Position numbers and translations under genes: made by a program. DNA of 63,978 nt, counting the filler, from Stramenopiles sp. TOSAG23-2 (Eukaryota), in assembly GCA_900128395.1 (NCBI GenBank). It is 3 parts of 3 records of this genome, joined end to end, with 100 filler letters (N's around TTAATTAATTAA, not from the genome) between each part and the next. Parts side by side here need not be neighbours in the genome. Positions count along the whole stretch, not along the records: positions 21,921 to 43,738 come from LT649528.1; 2 more parts are not named here. The stretch is one strand, 5' to 3'. Within the stretch, counting starts at the first letter, position 1, and each line of letters begins with the position of its first letter. The notes below the pieces were generated by a model. It was not told where the DNA came from. It did not search any database and saw nothing but the letters and a program-made list of their open reading frames with translations. Of this stretch, positions 23,352-34,051 are shown one piece after another.

Positions 23352-26300
23352 TTACACGCACTCTAACAACTCATCATCAACAACCAATTCGTGATCATCG
23401 ACGTTAGCAACTATGTTATCATTTGCATTATTGTCGGCATGAACTTGCATGGTATTCTTTGAAAAAGATTCAGTACTACTACCTAAGATTTCATTTATGG
23501 GTGTTTTATCATATTTTACGATACTATCCATCATCACTAAAATCCCATCTTCCATACCACATAATAGAAAATCTGAAACTAAATCAAAACAACGTATGGC
23601 ACCATGCCCAAGTATTTGATGAATTTTAAATATTTCTAATGTGTTCAAATATCTAATTGTTACTATACCATCTTCAGAACCGCTGATTATATATCTTGCA
23701 TCAGCGGTCGTTTGAATAATCGACACATTACTAGGTGAGGTTCTTGACTTAGAAATCAAAGCACCATTAATAGAATATACGTATAAGCTGTGGTCTTCAT
23801 TTGATAATAAAATTATATCACCAGCTTTTGACAGAGAAATTAAATCTGGTAAACATGAGTCTGGATATAAAAAGCAACGTATCCGTGATCCATCGGAAAT
23901 ATTGTGCATATAAATTTTTCCATCATCAGACGAACTTACAATTATGTCTAACATGGAGGATGCGGCTAAACATCTTATAGGTCTTTTATGTGCTGTGATA
24001 ATAATCGCCAAATGCAGCCATTTAGCTGCAGCATTCCTACCATTGCTCTCTTCCATACCTTCAAGCGTGTCTATCAAATCGTTGTAAGATGTTTGAGCAT
24101 CGCCGCTGCCAAAAACTTTCCATACGCGTACAGTACAATCTAAACTTCCTGTAACAAACGCCATCCCGTCTTCGCATACTTCTAAACACGTTATTATATC
24201 CTTGTGGTTCATATGGTCAACTGTTGATTGTAACAACTGTCCCTGTAACGTGTGAAACTTGATCGTATTGTCTGTGTTTGCTATACTTGCTATCAAACGC
24301 CCGCGTTTAGGCCCATTTAATGGCATCGCAAAAACACCCGGGCGTGCTCTAGACCACCATTCTCGACTATTCCATAAACAACTTCGCTCCTGGGAGCCTG
24401 CAATTAGACGGCGGCGTTGCAGCTCTATCTTAAATTGCCTACTACTCGTTCGATCATTCTTTCGTTGTTGCTGAAGAGAGAGTTTATGCGTCGCGATTGT
24501 GTAATCAGAATAAATTGTAATAATTTTATCTTCACCATATGCTTTCAGAAAGGTTATTGATGGTAAATTCATACTGCTATTTGAGTTTTGTTGCAAGATT
24601 GGTATTTTGGTAACAAACTGAAAATCATCAAAATTAACCCGTGACCCAGCAGGATATACTAAGAAGTTAAGCCTTTGAAATGGCATACGTTTTGGATGAG
24701 CTTTCCGTAGCAATTGCGAAGGCGTTTGACCAAAATGAGCTATTTGTGACTCCGCTGCAGCACGATCGATCGGATCAGTTATAGAATCTAAGTCTACAGC
24801 ACCTTCATAAGTAAGATAATAAAACAAATTATGTGCCTTTTCTGCTTCTGGCCCATTTTGTTTATATCCAAAAATCAAATCAACCCAAAGATGCAAATTT
24901 TGAGATACGTATTCGCTCTCAAGTGCTGCTGCATTTATCCGTATAAATTCATGCGGGTTTGCTGCCCATGGCGGTAATTCCACGTCATCAACAATTTTAC
25001 CATCTTGCCTGGACCCTAGGGGAAATTTATCGCTATTAATCAAAAATTCTGGCATGCAAAAAAATTCTGGGATTAACTCCTTCACGTCAGACATCGAGTT
25101 TAAACAACTGTGCCAACATTCGGATATGGAGGAAAACAGGCGATCAGGACAGTCAAATTTACCACTCTGTAAAGCTATTGCTAAAGATGTGAATGGTTCT
25201 AACCTCAATAAATAGTGTAAAACAACCCCGGCACTTGAATAATGGGAACCGTAATGAAACTTTGGTATCCCGTCACCATCAAACATCTCATATCGCTCTA
25301 TGAATTGTGCTAGGCGGTCTTCATTCAATGCACCAACCGGTTTACTTAAATCTCGGTATGTTTTTGGATTATTCAAATCAATTGTTTCTGAGCCATAGTC
25401 AGCAATGACCCAAGGAAATATGGGATACTGCGTAATGTCATTATAGCTTCTTCCAGCTATTGTATTTAAATGCATTAAATATTCAAAATTTGTCATTTCA
25501 CGTCTTCGCCAGCGCTCTGTTAAACCACTTCGTTTCAAAACCTGCCAGGGCTTGTAAGTAGTAAGGCTTTTCCGTCTTCCAAGACGTGATGCTGCTTTTC
25601 CACGCAATATTTGTGCAGTTGAAGTGTTCGTAGTTGTACCCCCACTCAGGGTAGTCGGAATTTGAAAATCAAGCGATGGCGGAGCAACTCTTGAAATATT
25701 GTTCCATGCCATTTCTTTATCTTCATATTGTTCGAAACTTAAAAATATATTCGTCTTGTCGTTGAAAAAAAACTCCATGGCATTTGACCGAAGTAAATAC
25801 CGACGGCTAAAAACATGTCGAAGATCGCGTAACATCCAACGCATGGTTTTTCTTTCAGCAGAGTATATACTAATATGTCTCGTACTCTCACTACCTTTAT
25901 CTAGGACGCTATTGCTAGAGGTTTGTACATCAGCTGGTGATGGATAAAAAAACAGATGGAGATTGGATATATCTAGACGTCCCCGTACAACAGATAATGG
26001 TGTAACCCAAACAACACCAATTGCAGAAAACACAATTTCTTCTCCCGAATGTAATGAAAACATATTTTGTTGAAAGGTTGGAATATTATTCTCCATTTCA
26101 TAATTTTCTTCATCTTCGCTACATTCATTATTGTAGTCATTCTCTAGCGGCAGCGGTTGTTTATTTTTCATAGTATCATTATCAATGCTCCGATCGTCAT
26201 TCACTTTTAAAGCATTAAATTCATTATCTTCATCTGCATTATAGTCATCAGGCATACCTTGGGAAGGATCTCTTTTTATTTTCACAGCACTCAAGGCTGG

Positions 26301-29300
26301 AGTTTTTAAAGACATATCGTCAATCTGATCTGAAATTCCACGTGCTGGAGTTAAAACGTTCTGCTGTTGCTTTTTATTTGTAAACGTTAATAGACTTGCT
26401 CCATCCTCAATTTTAAATATGGATGGTGTGTGTGGCGGAGCTAAAGCAGAAGTAGAAGATGATTTTTTCGTCTCAATACGGCCAGTTCCTTTATTATTAA
26501 TTGAAACTGGTGTGCTTAACGATTCTTCCCTTTGTTGTTTCTGCTGGTGCTGCTGCAGCTGGAGCTGTTTTTGCTCTTCTTCATAAGCCTTTCGTTCTTG
26601 ATAACCATACTTACAATCTAAATGTTGATCAAAATTTGCGTTTGGACATAATAAACGTCGTCTTCGTAATGCGTCTTCTCGTTGTGACACCATCCAATGA
26701 ATATCTCTACTGGCAAAATCTTCTGGGCCAAATACATCACCAAAGTGTAATTTATCACTTAATTCCATCCATTTCCTGCCAGCATCAGCAAAATGATCAT
26801 CTTCAGTAGCAGCCAATGCCGCACGACGATTTACTTCCTTATATCCCAAGGTATTATCCATCTGTCTAACTCGATCAGATAGAACCTTAGCAACTTTTGG
26901 CTGACTCCACTCAAGCTCCCACATCATATATTGCTGCCATTTATAGTCGTAATAATTTTCTACTTCTAACCAATACGATCGCTCTTCTTCAGAAAGGGTA
27001 TATATTGCAACGTCATTGCCATTACCTGGAGTTTCATCGATTGGCACGATTAACCATGGTGCATAGACCCAATTCATTAATTTATCAATTGCCATGTTAA
27101 CAGCATCTCTGGTTGAACGGGAAGTAGATGAAGAAGAATCCTGGTCATCTGCAGATACCTTTTTAACATGCGACAAAGTTAACAAATCTTGCCTGTTTTT
27201 AGATTGATGCATCTCAACCAATTGCAGCAAAGAATGCTTTTGCTCGTTTTTTAAGTAGTCTTCTAAAATATCTTGCGTACCATTGACAATATCCGTTAAG
27301 GTGCAAAGTAAACTATCGCAAAATGCCGCAGCCAATTCCACTTTTCGTAAAGTATCTCCCTCAGGTTTCTCTGTAAATTTCTTTTTCGTTTTGTCCTCAT
27401 CTTGATTGGCTCTCATCATTTGATTTATTTCATTTTTAACCTCACCATTAAATGTAAGTGCAGAAACTTTATCGGCGAGAGTCAATGAATTGGAACTTTC
27501 TTCTCGATTTACGATATTCTTTGGCGATGACGGATTAGATTTAGAGCCACTGCTATTGTCTCTACCAAATATTACATTTCGTATTTCAATTAATGCAAAT
27601 TTGATTTCTCGAATCAGCACCATAGCCCATTGCTCTTCTTCATCTAGCATGTACATGCCCATGGCAGAGTTACTTTCAAAACTATTACTATGCCGCCTGC
27701 GTTGATTTGCACGATTATTTTCACTTCGCGAGGATCTTCCAGTTCCCAAAGACCCCAATAAGTCAGCGACAGAACTAATATCACTTAATGATTTAGTGCT
27801 CTCCCTTCCATTGTTTCCGCTACCAATTCCTACAACACCCTCAAATACATCTATGGAACTACTAGGGCTGCGAACTTTGTTACTATTAATACCCCACATT
27901 AATGATGAGACCAAGACCCCCAATCTTTCCGCATTTACTCGGGCATCCTCTGAACATGGAGCACCATTCTTCAATAAAAAAACGGACAAGCGCAACAAAA
28001 TTAAAATCAAGGGGCCACGGTTATTGCATGGATGTTCTTCGCTGCTTAAATCAAGACAACGTTGCCATAATACATTATTTGCTCGATCCCCTACTGAATA
28101 AAGTATATTATCATATATCGATAACAGTTTGGTAACCAAAAGAATTTGCTCTTGATCTACATTGTCTTCGGAATTGCTTGTAGCACCACCATCACAATTA
28201 TTATCTTTTTGAGATGATTTATCGATTACGACAAAATCAGACTCGCTCCGTGTAGATCTAGTAGAAATATTGTCCTTAGAAGCTACAGCTTTACCATCCA
28301 GAGACGAACTGCTGGACAAAACGAAATGTTCTATAATATTGGCAATACCTATTAAATTTTGCATTATTAATGGACTTTCACTGCTGCCACTATTGTAATA
28401 GTTACTCGGAGAATTGGAATCAATTCCAAACGGCCAATATAAGTTATTTTTTAATTGTGTTGTAATTTCAGCTTCAATTTGATCCAACAATCCTATCATA
28501 ATTTGTTGATTGATACCATGTCCATTCTTTGAAAAATTTGACATTACAATAAATTGTTCAAGGTGATTCCAACCTGTTTTTTCATTATTACACGCATGAA
28601 AAAGTAATATACGAATTAATTTTAACGATATTGGATACGTGTCTTGAAACAAAACTTCATCATCTTGACTCTTGTTCTTATTCTTATCCCCGCCTTGTCC
28701 ATACTTTCCCTGTCTAAATTTTTCTGAATTTGAAAATGCTTCTGAAAACATTGGATAAAAAGCCCATTGCCAATTTGCTTGATGCAGCATTTCTTTCCTA
28801 TTGGTTGGATTGTAAGTTAACAACAACAAGAAATCTTGCAAGGCCCTTGCTTGCATACTGTTTGGTGCGGTATTTAATACTTTTAAAAACACACACCAAC
28901 CTTGAGGATTATGTATTACCTGTTTATCGTCTATAATGACTGCGTTTTCATCAAGATTAAAAGACATTGCACGCACACGATTGCGCTGTTTTGCAACACG
29001 TGAATTACATAATAAAAATGACAATAATGAATCGTAATATATATCCTCTACATTATGATTTAACTCTTGACGGGAAAAATTCTGATACAAGAGATGATAA
29101 ACACCTTTCTCATACAGCAGTTGGGGCAAACTTTTACTGTTCCCGTCGCTCATAATATTCCTAAAGCTATACTTTTTTGTTAAACCTCCCCCTACAACAT
29201 TGCTAGACGTTGCTCCATTTTTTTTTGAAGGTGTGGTATAATATGATACATATGCCGTTAATACATGCAATGCAAGACAACGAGCTTTCGTATCTTTGTA

Positions 29301-31442
29301 TTCACCAAGACGTTGAATCATGAACAGCGGAAATAATAAACGTTTGCTATCTTTATGATTAAATACGGAATCAATAACTTGTGCTATATTCTTGTTACTT
29401 TCCGCAATGTGTTCGTCAAGAAGTAATTTTAAAAATAAAGTCAAGCCACCTCTTAACGTTTTTGCTTTTCTACAATTTACTAGAAACCTCATGACAGCTT
29501 CAACATCGTCTTTTTCAGTATTATGTGATAAAACAACTCTCAACATACGAAAAACATCGTCACGAAATGCTTTCCCCGGCGATAAAGCATCAGAAGCTCT
29601 ATCGGGACCATGTGCTGAAGATGGCGAAGAAGTTGTACTCCCGCCACTGCTAGTTGGATACGCGTCCCGACAACTATCCAAAAAGATCTGAGCACCAACA
29701 GTACGACTTATAGTAACAGGGTTTTCATCTAAGGCTTGGATTAACAATCTCATTATACGCTGTTGTACCGGCTTAGAAGAACGCTGCCAAATATTAAAAT
29801 TAAATAATATACGCCTCAAGACATGTCGATGTAAATTACGATTGCTCTTGTTCCGATATAGCTTTTGTTGCTGATTTCCTTGGACTTTTGCAAGAGCACA
29901 AATTTTTGTGATTAATTCATCACATTCGTCTACTTCTATCAAAATAGCTTTTGTTCTCAGTAGAAACTCTAACATGGAAACACCATTGCTACCTATAAAA
30001 TCACGTATATTTTCATCGTGATGAATTAAAAATAAAACTAGCAAATCTAATACCTCCGCTAGAGAACATGCGCTTACTTTGATCGAAAGTCTTGATTTCG
30101 ATATCGATAACAAAGTATTATTATTATTATTATTATTATTAATATTATGCACGAATGTATTTGTTTCATGTAAAAGTGACAAAATCATACCAGTACCACC
30201 AATGCACTGCAACACATCCCGTATGCCATTAACGATCCAACGCCTTGTTGAATTATTTGATCTCATTTCACATGCAATGGACTGATGATTTGAAGACAAG
30301 TTAAAACACATTTGTTGATTACATGTGTTTGGATGTATACATAAAAAACTTCGTTGTATAGCATCCAATGACATAAATCGATTTGTATCCCTACTTTCTA
30401 ATGCAGTTAAAATTGTATTGCAAGTAGAAGGTCCAAAATTTTCATTTGAGATCAATGTAGGTCCCATTTTACCGTTCATATTTTCCCCAAACGTACATCG
30501 AGCTACGCGAGTTCTTGGATGAACAAATGGTAAGTTACCCTGAAAATATATTTCACCATTTAAATAGACTATTACACTCGATTTCCCCATGAAACGTGGA
30601 CGGACTGCTACTACACCGATAGTATACCATGTTTTTGGGTCCAATAGTTTATTCCCCTCACCAACTGATACAGTCGAATAGTTGCTTGAAACAACTTTAA
30701 TACGTAATTCACGACCGCGAAAATATATACAAATACCTTCCTTATTATCTGCAACCATATTCAATAAGCAAGCTCTATCCATAGGCTGTACATCGGCATC
30801 ATCAATATAGTTATTTACATAGAAAGAGCTCCAAAAACTAAAATCACGCGAAAATGGCCATTTATCCAAACCGTGTTTAACATCAATACCCGACCCAATA
30901 CCATTAAAACAAAAAAAAGATGCTTTAGATCGTTCTAATAAACTATTTTGATAATTCAAAAGAGTGGCTGATCTCAAGGATAATATTGCTGCTTTTTTTA
31001 GCGATGGTAAAGTATGAATAACTCTTAGTAGGCTCGTCAAACTAAATGCAGTAGAACCTTGGCCATATATTAAACCGAGGAAATGGAAGTAAACAAGTCC
31101 TTCCTTTATTGTTAAATTGGAATTTACAGAAAATTCATAGGACGAAAACAAAAATGTTTCTGAATTGAGCGTGGTGGCACAGCTATATCCGTTATCATCG
31201 CAAATAGAATATAGGAATCGCAATGGGCCATGCTCATCTACGCTTACAAACGTATTTATAATTTCTAACAGTTCATATCGGCTATTATTATTTAGTTTAT
31301 TAAAATTGGATATTTCAATATTTTTTAATACCTTTTTAACAATTCGTGGTGGCAATATTAATTTCTTATTTATGCAATTTTGTATTTCATCCATTAATTC
31401 TGCGTTGATGGCATCATCATTTTCATCGATCACCCTACTCAT
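23352..31442 (-). CDS. BEACH-domain protein (neurobeachin/LRBA-like: ConA-like, ARM region, PH, BEACH, WD40)
   Basis: RRYLLR..AMEFF (PH). MTNFEYLMHLNTIAGRSYNDITQYPIFPWV, HYGSHYSS, DVKELIPEFF, WVDLIFGYKQ, FGQTPSQL (BEACH). C-terminal WD repeats. ATG at 31442. Confidence 0.96.
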   Translation of the reverse strand: MSRVIDENDDAINAELMDEIQNCINKKLILPPRIVKKVLKNIEISNFNKLNNNSRYELLEIINTFVSVDEHGPLRFLYSICDDNGYSCATTLNSETFLFSSYEFSVNSNLTIKEGLVYFHFLGLIYGQGSTAFSLTSLLRVIHTLPSLKKAAILSLRSATLLNYQNSLLERSKASFFCFNGIGSGIDVKHGLDKWPFSRDFSFWSSFYVNNYIDDADVQPMDRACLLNMVADNKEGICIYFRGRELRIKVVSSNYSTVSVGEGNKLLDPKTWYTIGVVAVRPRFMGKSSVIVYLNGEIYFQGNLPFVHPRTRVARCTFGENMNGKMGPTLISNENFGPSTCNTILTALESRDTNRFMSLDAIQRSFLCIHPNTCNQQMCFNLSSNHQSIACEMRSNNSTRRWIVNGIRDVLQCIGGTGMILSLLHETNTFVHNINNNNNNNNTLLSISKSRLSIKVSACSLAEVLDLLVLFLIHHDENIRDFIGSNGVSMLEFLLRTKAILIEVDECDELITKICALAKVQGNQQQKLYRNKSNRNLHRHVLRRILFNFNIWQRSSKPVQQRIMRLLIQALDENPVTISRTVGAQIFLDSCRDAYPTSSGGSTTSSPSSAHGPDRASDALSPGKAFRDDVFRMLRVVLSHNTEKDDVEAVMRFLVNCRKAKTLRGGLTLFLKLLLDEHIAESNKNIAQVIDSVFNHKDSKRLLFPLFMIQRLGEYKDTKARCLALHVLTAYVSYYTTPSKKNGATSSNVVGGGLTKKYSFRNIMSDGNSKSLPQLLYEKGVYHLLYQNFSRQELNHNVEDIYYDSLLSFLLCNSRVAKQRNRVRAMSFNLDENAVIIDDKQVIHNPQGWCVFLKVLNTAPNSMQARALQDFLLLLTYNPTNRKEMLHQANWQWAFYPMFSEAFSNSEKFRQGKYGQGGDKNKNKSQDDEVLFQDTYPISLKLIRILLFHACNNEKTGWNHLEQFIVMSNFSKNGHGINQQIMIGLLDQIEAEITTQLKNNLYWPFGIDSNSPSNYYNSGSSESPLIMQNLIGIANIIEHFVLSSSSSLDGKAVASKDNISTRSTRSESDFVVIDKSSQKDNNCDGGATSNSEDNVDQEQILLVTKLLSIYDNILYSVGDRANNVLWQRCLDLSSEEHPCNNRGPLILILLRLSVFLLKNGAPCSEDARVNAERLGVLVSSLMWGINSNKVRSPSSSIDVFEGVVGIGSGNNGRESTKSLSDISSVADLLGSLGTGRSSRSENNRANQRRRHSNSFESNSAMGMYMLDEEEQWAMVLIREIKFALIEIRNVIFGRDNSSGSKSNPSSPKNIVNREESSNSLTLADKVSALTFNGEVKNEINQMMRANQDEDKTKKKFTEKPEGDTLRKVELAAAFCDSLLCTLTDIVNGTQDILEDYLKNEQKHSLLQLVEMHQSKNRQDLLTLSHVKKVSADDQDSSSSTSRSTRDAVNMAIDKLMNWVYAPWLIVPIDETPGNGNDVAIYTLSEEERSYWLEVENYYDYKWQQYMMWELEWSQPKVAKVLSDRVRQMDNTLGYKEVNRRAALAATEDDHFADAGRKWMELSDKLHFGDVFGPEDFASRDIHWMVSQREDALRRRRLLCPNANFDQHLDCKYGYQERKAYEEEQKQLQLQQHQQKQQREESLSTPVSINNKGTGRIETKKSSSTSALAPPHTPSIFKIEDGASLLTFTNKKQQQNVLTPARGISDQIDDMSLKTPALSAVKIKRDPSQGMPDDYNADEDNEFNALKVNDDRSIDNDTMKNKQPLPLENDYNNECSEDEENYEMENNIPTFQQNMFSLHSGEEIVFSAIGVVWVTPLSVVRGRLDISNLHLFFYPSPADVQTSSNSVLDKGSESTRHISIYSAERKTMRWMLRDLRHVFSRRYLLRSNAMEFFFNDKTNIFLSFEQYEDKEMAWNNISRVAPPSLDFQIPTTLSGGTTTNTSTAQILRGKAASRLGRRKSLTTYKPWQVLKRSGLTERWRRREMTNFEYLMHLNTIAGRSYNDITQYPIFPWVIADYGSETIDLNNPKTYRDLSKPVGALNEDRLAQFIERYEMFDGDGIPKFHYGSHYSSAGVVLHYLLRLEPFTSLAIALQSGKFDCPDRLFSSISECWHSCLNSMSDVKELIPEFFCMPEFLINSDKFPLGSRQDGKIVDDVELPPWAANPHEFIRINAAALESEYVSQNLHLWVDLIFGYKQNGPEAEKAHNLFYYLTYEGAVDLDSITDPIDRAAAESQIAHFGQTPSQLLRKAHPKRMPFQRLNFLVYPAGSRVNFDDFQFVTKIPILQQNSNSSMNLPSITFLKAYGEDKIITIYSDYTIATHKLSLQQQRKNDRTSSRQFKIELQRRRLIAGSQERSCLWNSREWWSRARPGVFAMPLNGPKRGRLIASIANTDNTIKFHTLQGQLLQSTVDHMNHKDIITCLEVCEDGMAFVTGSLDCTVRVWKVFGSGDAQTSYNDLIDTLEGMEESNGRNAAAKWLHLAIIITAHKRPIRCLAASSMLDIIVSSSDDGKIYMHNISDGSRIRCFLYPDSCLPDLISLSKAGDIILLSNEDHSLYVYSINGALISKSRTSPSNVSIIQTTADARYIISGSEDGIVTIRYLNTLEIFKIHQILGHGAIRCFDLVSDFLLCGMEDGILVMMDSIVKYDKTPINEILGSSTESFSKNTMQVHADNNANDNIVANVDDHELVVDDELLECV

Positions 31443-32061
31443 ACTACAAAAGAAACACAAGAAAATGAAAAACGATATGTATGTATATATATATATGATG
31501 CGCTGGATATAGTATGTTATATTTCTATTTTCATATTAAGAATATCTATTTTAGATAGACTACTGAGAACATATTATAATATATATATATATAGACTATA
31601 TATCTTAATATAATATAATAAAATATTAATAGTATTATTATTAGTGCTAATAGTCTTTTATTATGAATCTGCAACACTACCATCACCCCAATAATATATA
31701 AAATGCAAAAAATACCTGGTCCAGCCAGCCTTGCCTGGCTTGCCAGCCTGGGCCAGCCTGGTGATATCATGTTACAATACTAACTACTATAGTATTATTC
31801 ATCATTTTTAGCAACACACAGACAGTACTAGATGATGGTATAAGTTATTTGCGGATATTTTGGTAATAACATGTTTATACTGGTAGGAAGAATATTTGAT
31901 ATTTTGTGATTTTAATTAATATTGCACGCACATATATACATTTATGTGCTATTATTTTATGATAGACCATACAGCTGTAATATCTATAGTACCTGTAGTG
32001 ATGCAGTCCAGCAGTATAATATAGTTTATATATAGCTATTTTAATCTTTCTCATCATTTTA

Positions 32062-32129
32062 TTACCCTTTCCTTGATTTCTTTGTTGGTTTACTATCATC
32101 ATTTGAAGCACCACTTTTTCGTTTCTTGC

Positions 32130-32170
<41 letters not shown>

Positions 32171-33381
32171 GTGCGGGTAGAAGAAGGGGAGGTGCTGTAT
32201 AACAATGCTTGTATGCCTTTTAAAAATTCAGCATGTTTATTACTACCAGAATCTTTTCCATTGTAATCATATTCAATTTCATACGTTGGTGCACAATCTT
32301 CTAAATTTTCTAAACCTTGCTCAGAATATCTAGTTATGGACATGTCTACTACATGTTTTGCCAAACCATCTTTTAAAATAAAAGTTGTACGATTTTTACG
32401 ACGGAAATTGATTGGTTGAAAGTCGGGATTTTTATGCAGCGTCAATTTTTTATATTTTGACAAGGTTTCAATATTATCAATATGAATTATACCAGTATAT
32501 GCTCCATATGGTATAGGAAAATATCCATAGTTTGGTAAATCATGAAATGCACCTGCTAACGATATTATTCTATAAAATCTTTGATTATAATCTTTTAGAT
32601 TTTGTTGTGGCTCAAATTTTTTGCCATCATGAAAGCGTATCAAGCGTCGATCAAGCGATGAAACACATGACATATCTTCAATTACCCACTGTACTTGATT
32701 TACAATATTGGATGGTATTAAACGATTATCTTGAGATTCGGCAAATTTTAAGAACGGATCGTGGTTTTGATCATGATTATTGCTACAACATTCTAACAAT
32801 AATTTTAAATATGTACCATTTTTTATCTTCACACGGGCACCTTCATGTATACGTTTAATCCTATCGATAGTATCGACTAGCGCTTCTGTAACTTTCACAT
32901 AATTTTCAGCATCCGAGCGTTTTTTTTTATCCTCTAGTAAAACTTCCCTACTAATTCCAATGCGCAGAGAATAATGATTTTTCATATTATAATCTAGTGT
33001 TTTGCCTTTCTCCTTCGTTTTGACAATGACTCCAGTAATTTTATTTGTTCTGCTATCTTTTAAAACTTTACCCGTTGTCTCGTCGACAGATACTCGCACT
33101 TTGTTGTTATAAAATACGTCCAGCATTTGTTTCTGCACATAGCGGCGACTATTGGTCTGCGTTCTAGTATTATATGCTTTTAGCAACGCAGCTTTCATTT
33201 CATTGAAATATCGTTCGGATACACCAGGTATAAAGCGTTTCGTCGCTTTATTAAAATATCCTAATCTTCCTTCAATTTCAACGTTAGATAAACCACCAGC
33301 ATTCGAATCTCTACGCAATTGATCGATATATTGAGTAATATATTCCGGTATTTCTGATTTTAACAAATCACTAGGCTCCAT
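32062..33381 (-). CDS. Metal-dependent mRNA 5'-triphosphatase (Cet1/CYTH tunnel family)
   Basis: Motif A VEIEGRLG, then FIPGVS, RVSVD, LRIGISRE, RRKNRTTF, VDMS and motif C YEIEYD. First ATG at 33381. Confidence 0.85.
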
Positions 33382-34051
33382 GTCTACTTGGTTTATGTAG
33401 CTATTTTGCAATATAGTAAAACTTCTTGGTTAATCCATACAATATATATTTATGTGTTGAAGATATATATATATATTGTACACAGCTTGAAAACAATTAT
33501 TATTTATGTAAAAATATTATATTTATATAGTACTATAATCCAATAATGCAACTACTAATACTAATATGAAAAATATTGTTTTCCGATTCCAGGCATTACC
33601 AGGTGCACAGGCCTGGGCAGGTATTAATTTGGTACATGTTGTTGCGTATAGACAGATTACTTACAGTATGCGGTATAAGTGGTGGTAGTCTCGGCCAGTT
33701 TAAGTTAGCTAGCTCTAGCTAGATCTAGCTATAGTCGTCTAGCCGCCTAGCTCTCCTCGTAGTCTAGCCAGCTACAGTAGCTATAATAGAGCTACTAACC
33801 ACTCAGCACCTTACACATCATTATTGTTATTTTAACATTTTCTACCACATATATAGCAACGCTATAGGGACATATATATATTATATTTATAATATTATTA
33901 TTTCGAGGGAGAAGATGATTAGTTAATACTTTTTTACAATATCAATTAAACATTTGTTCCTTCTCATTAATTTTTATTTCATTTTTTGGGTGCATATGTA
34001 TATATACTGTAAAGAGAAAGGAGCAAAGAAAAAACAATAAAGGAGAGGAAG

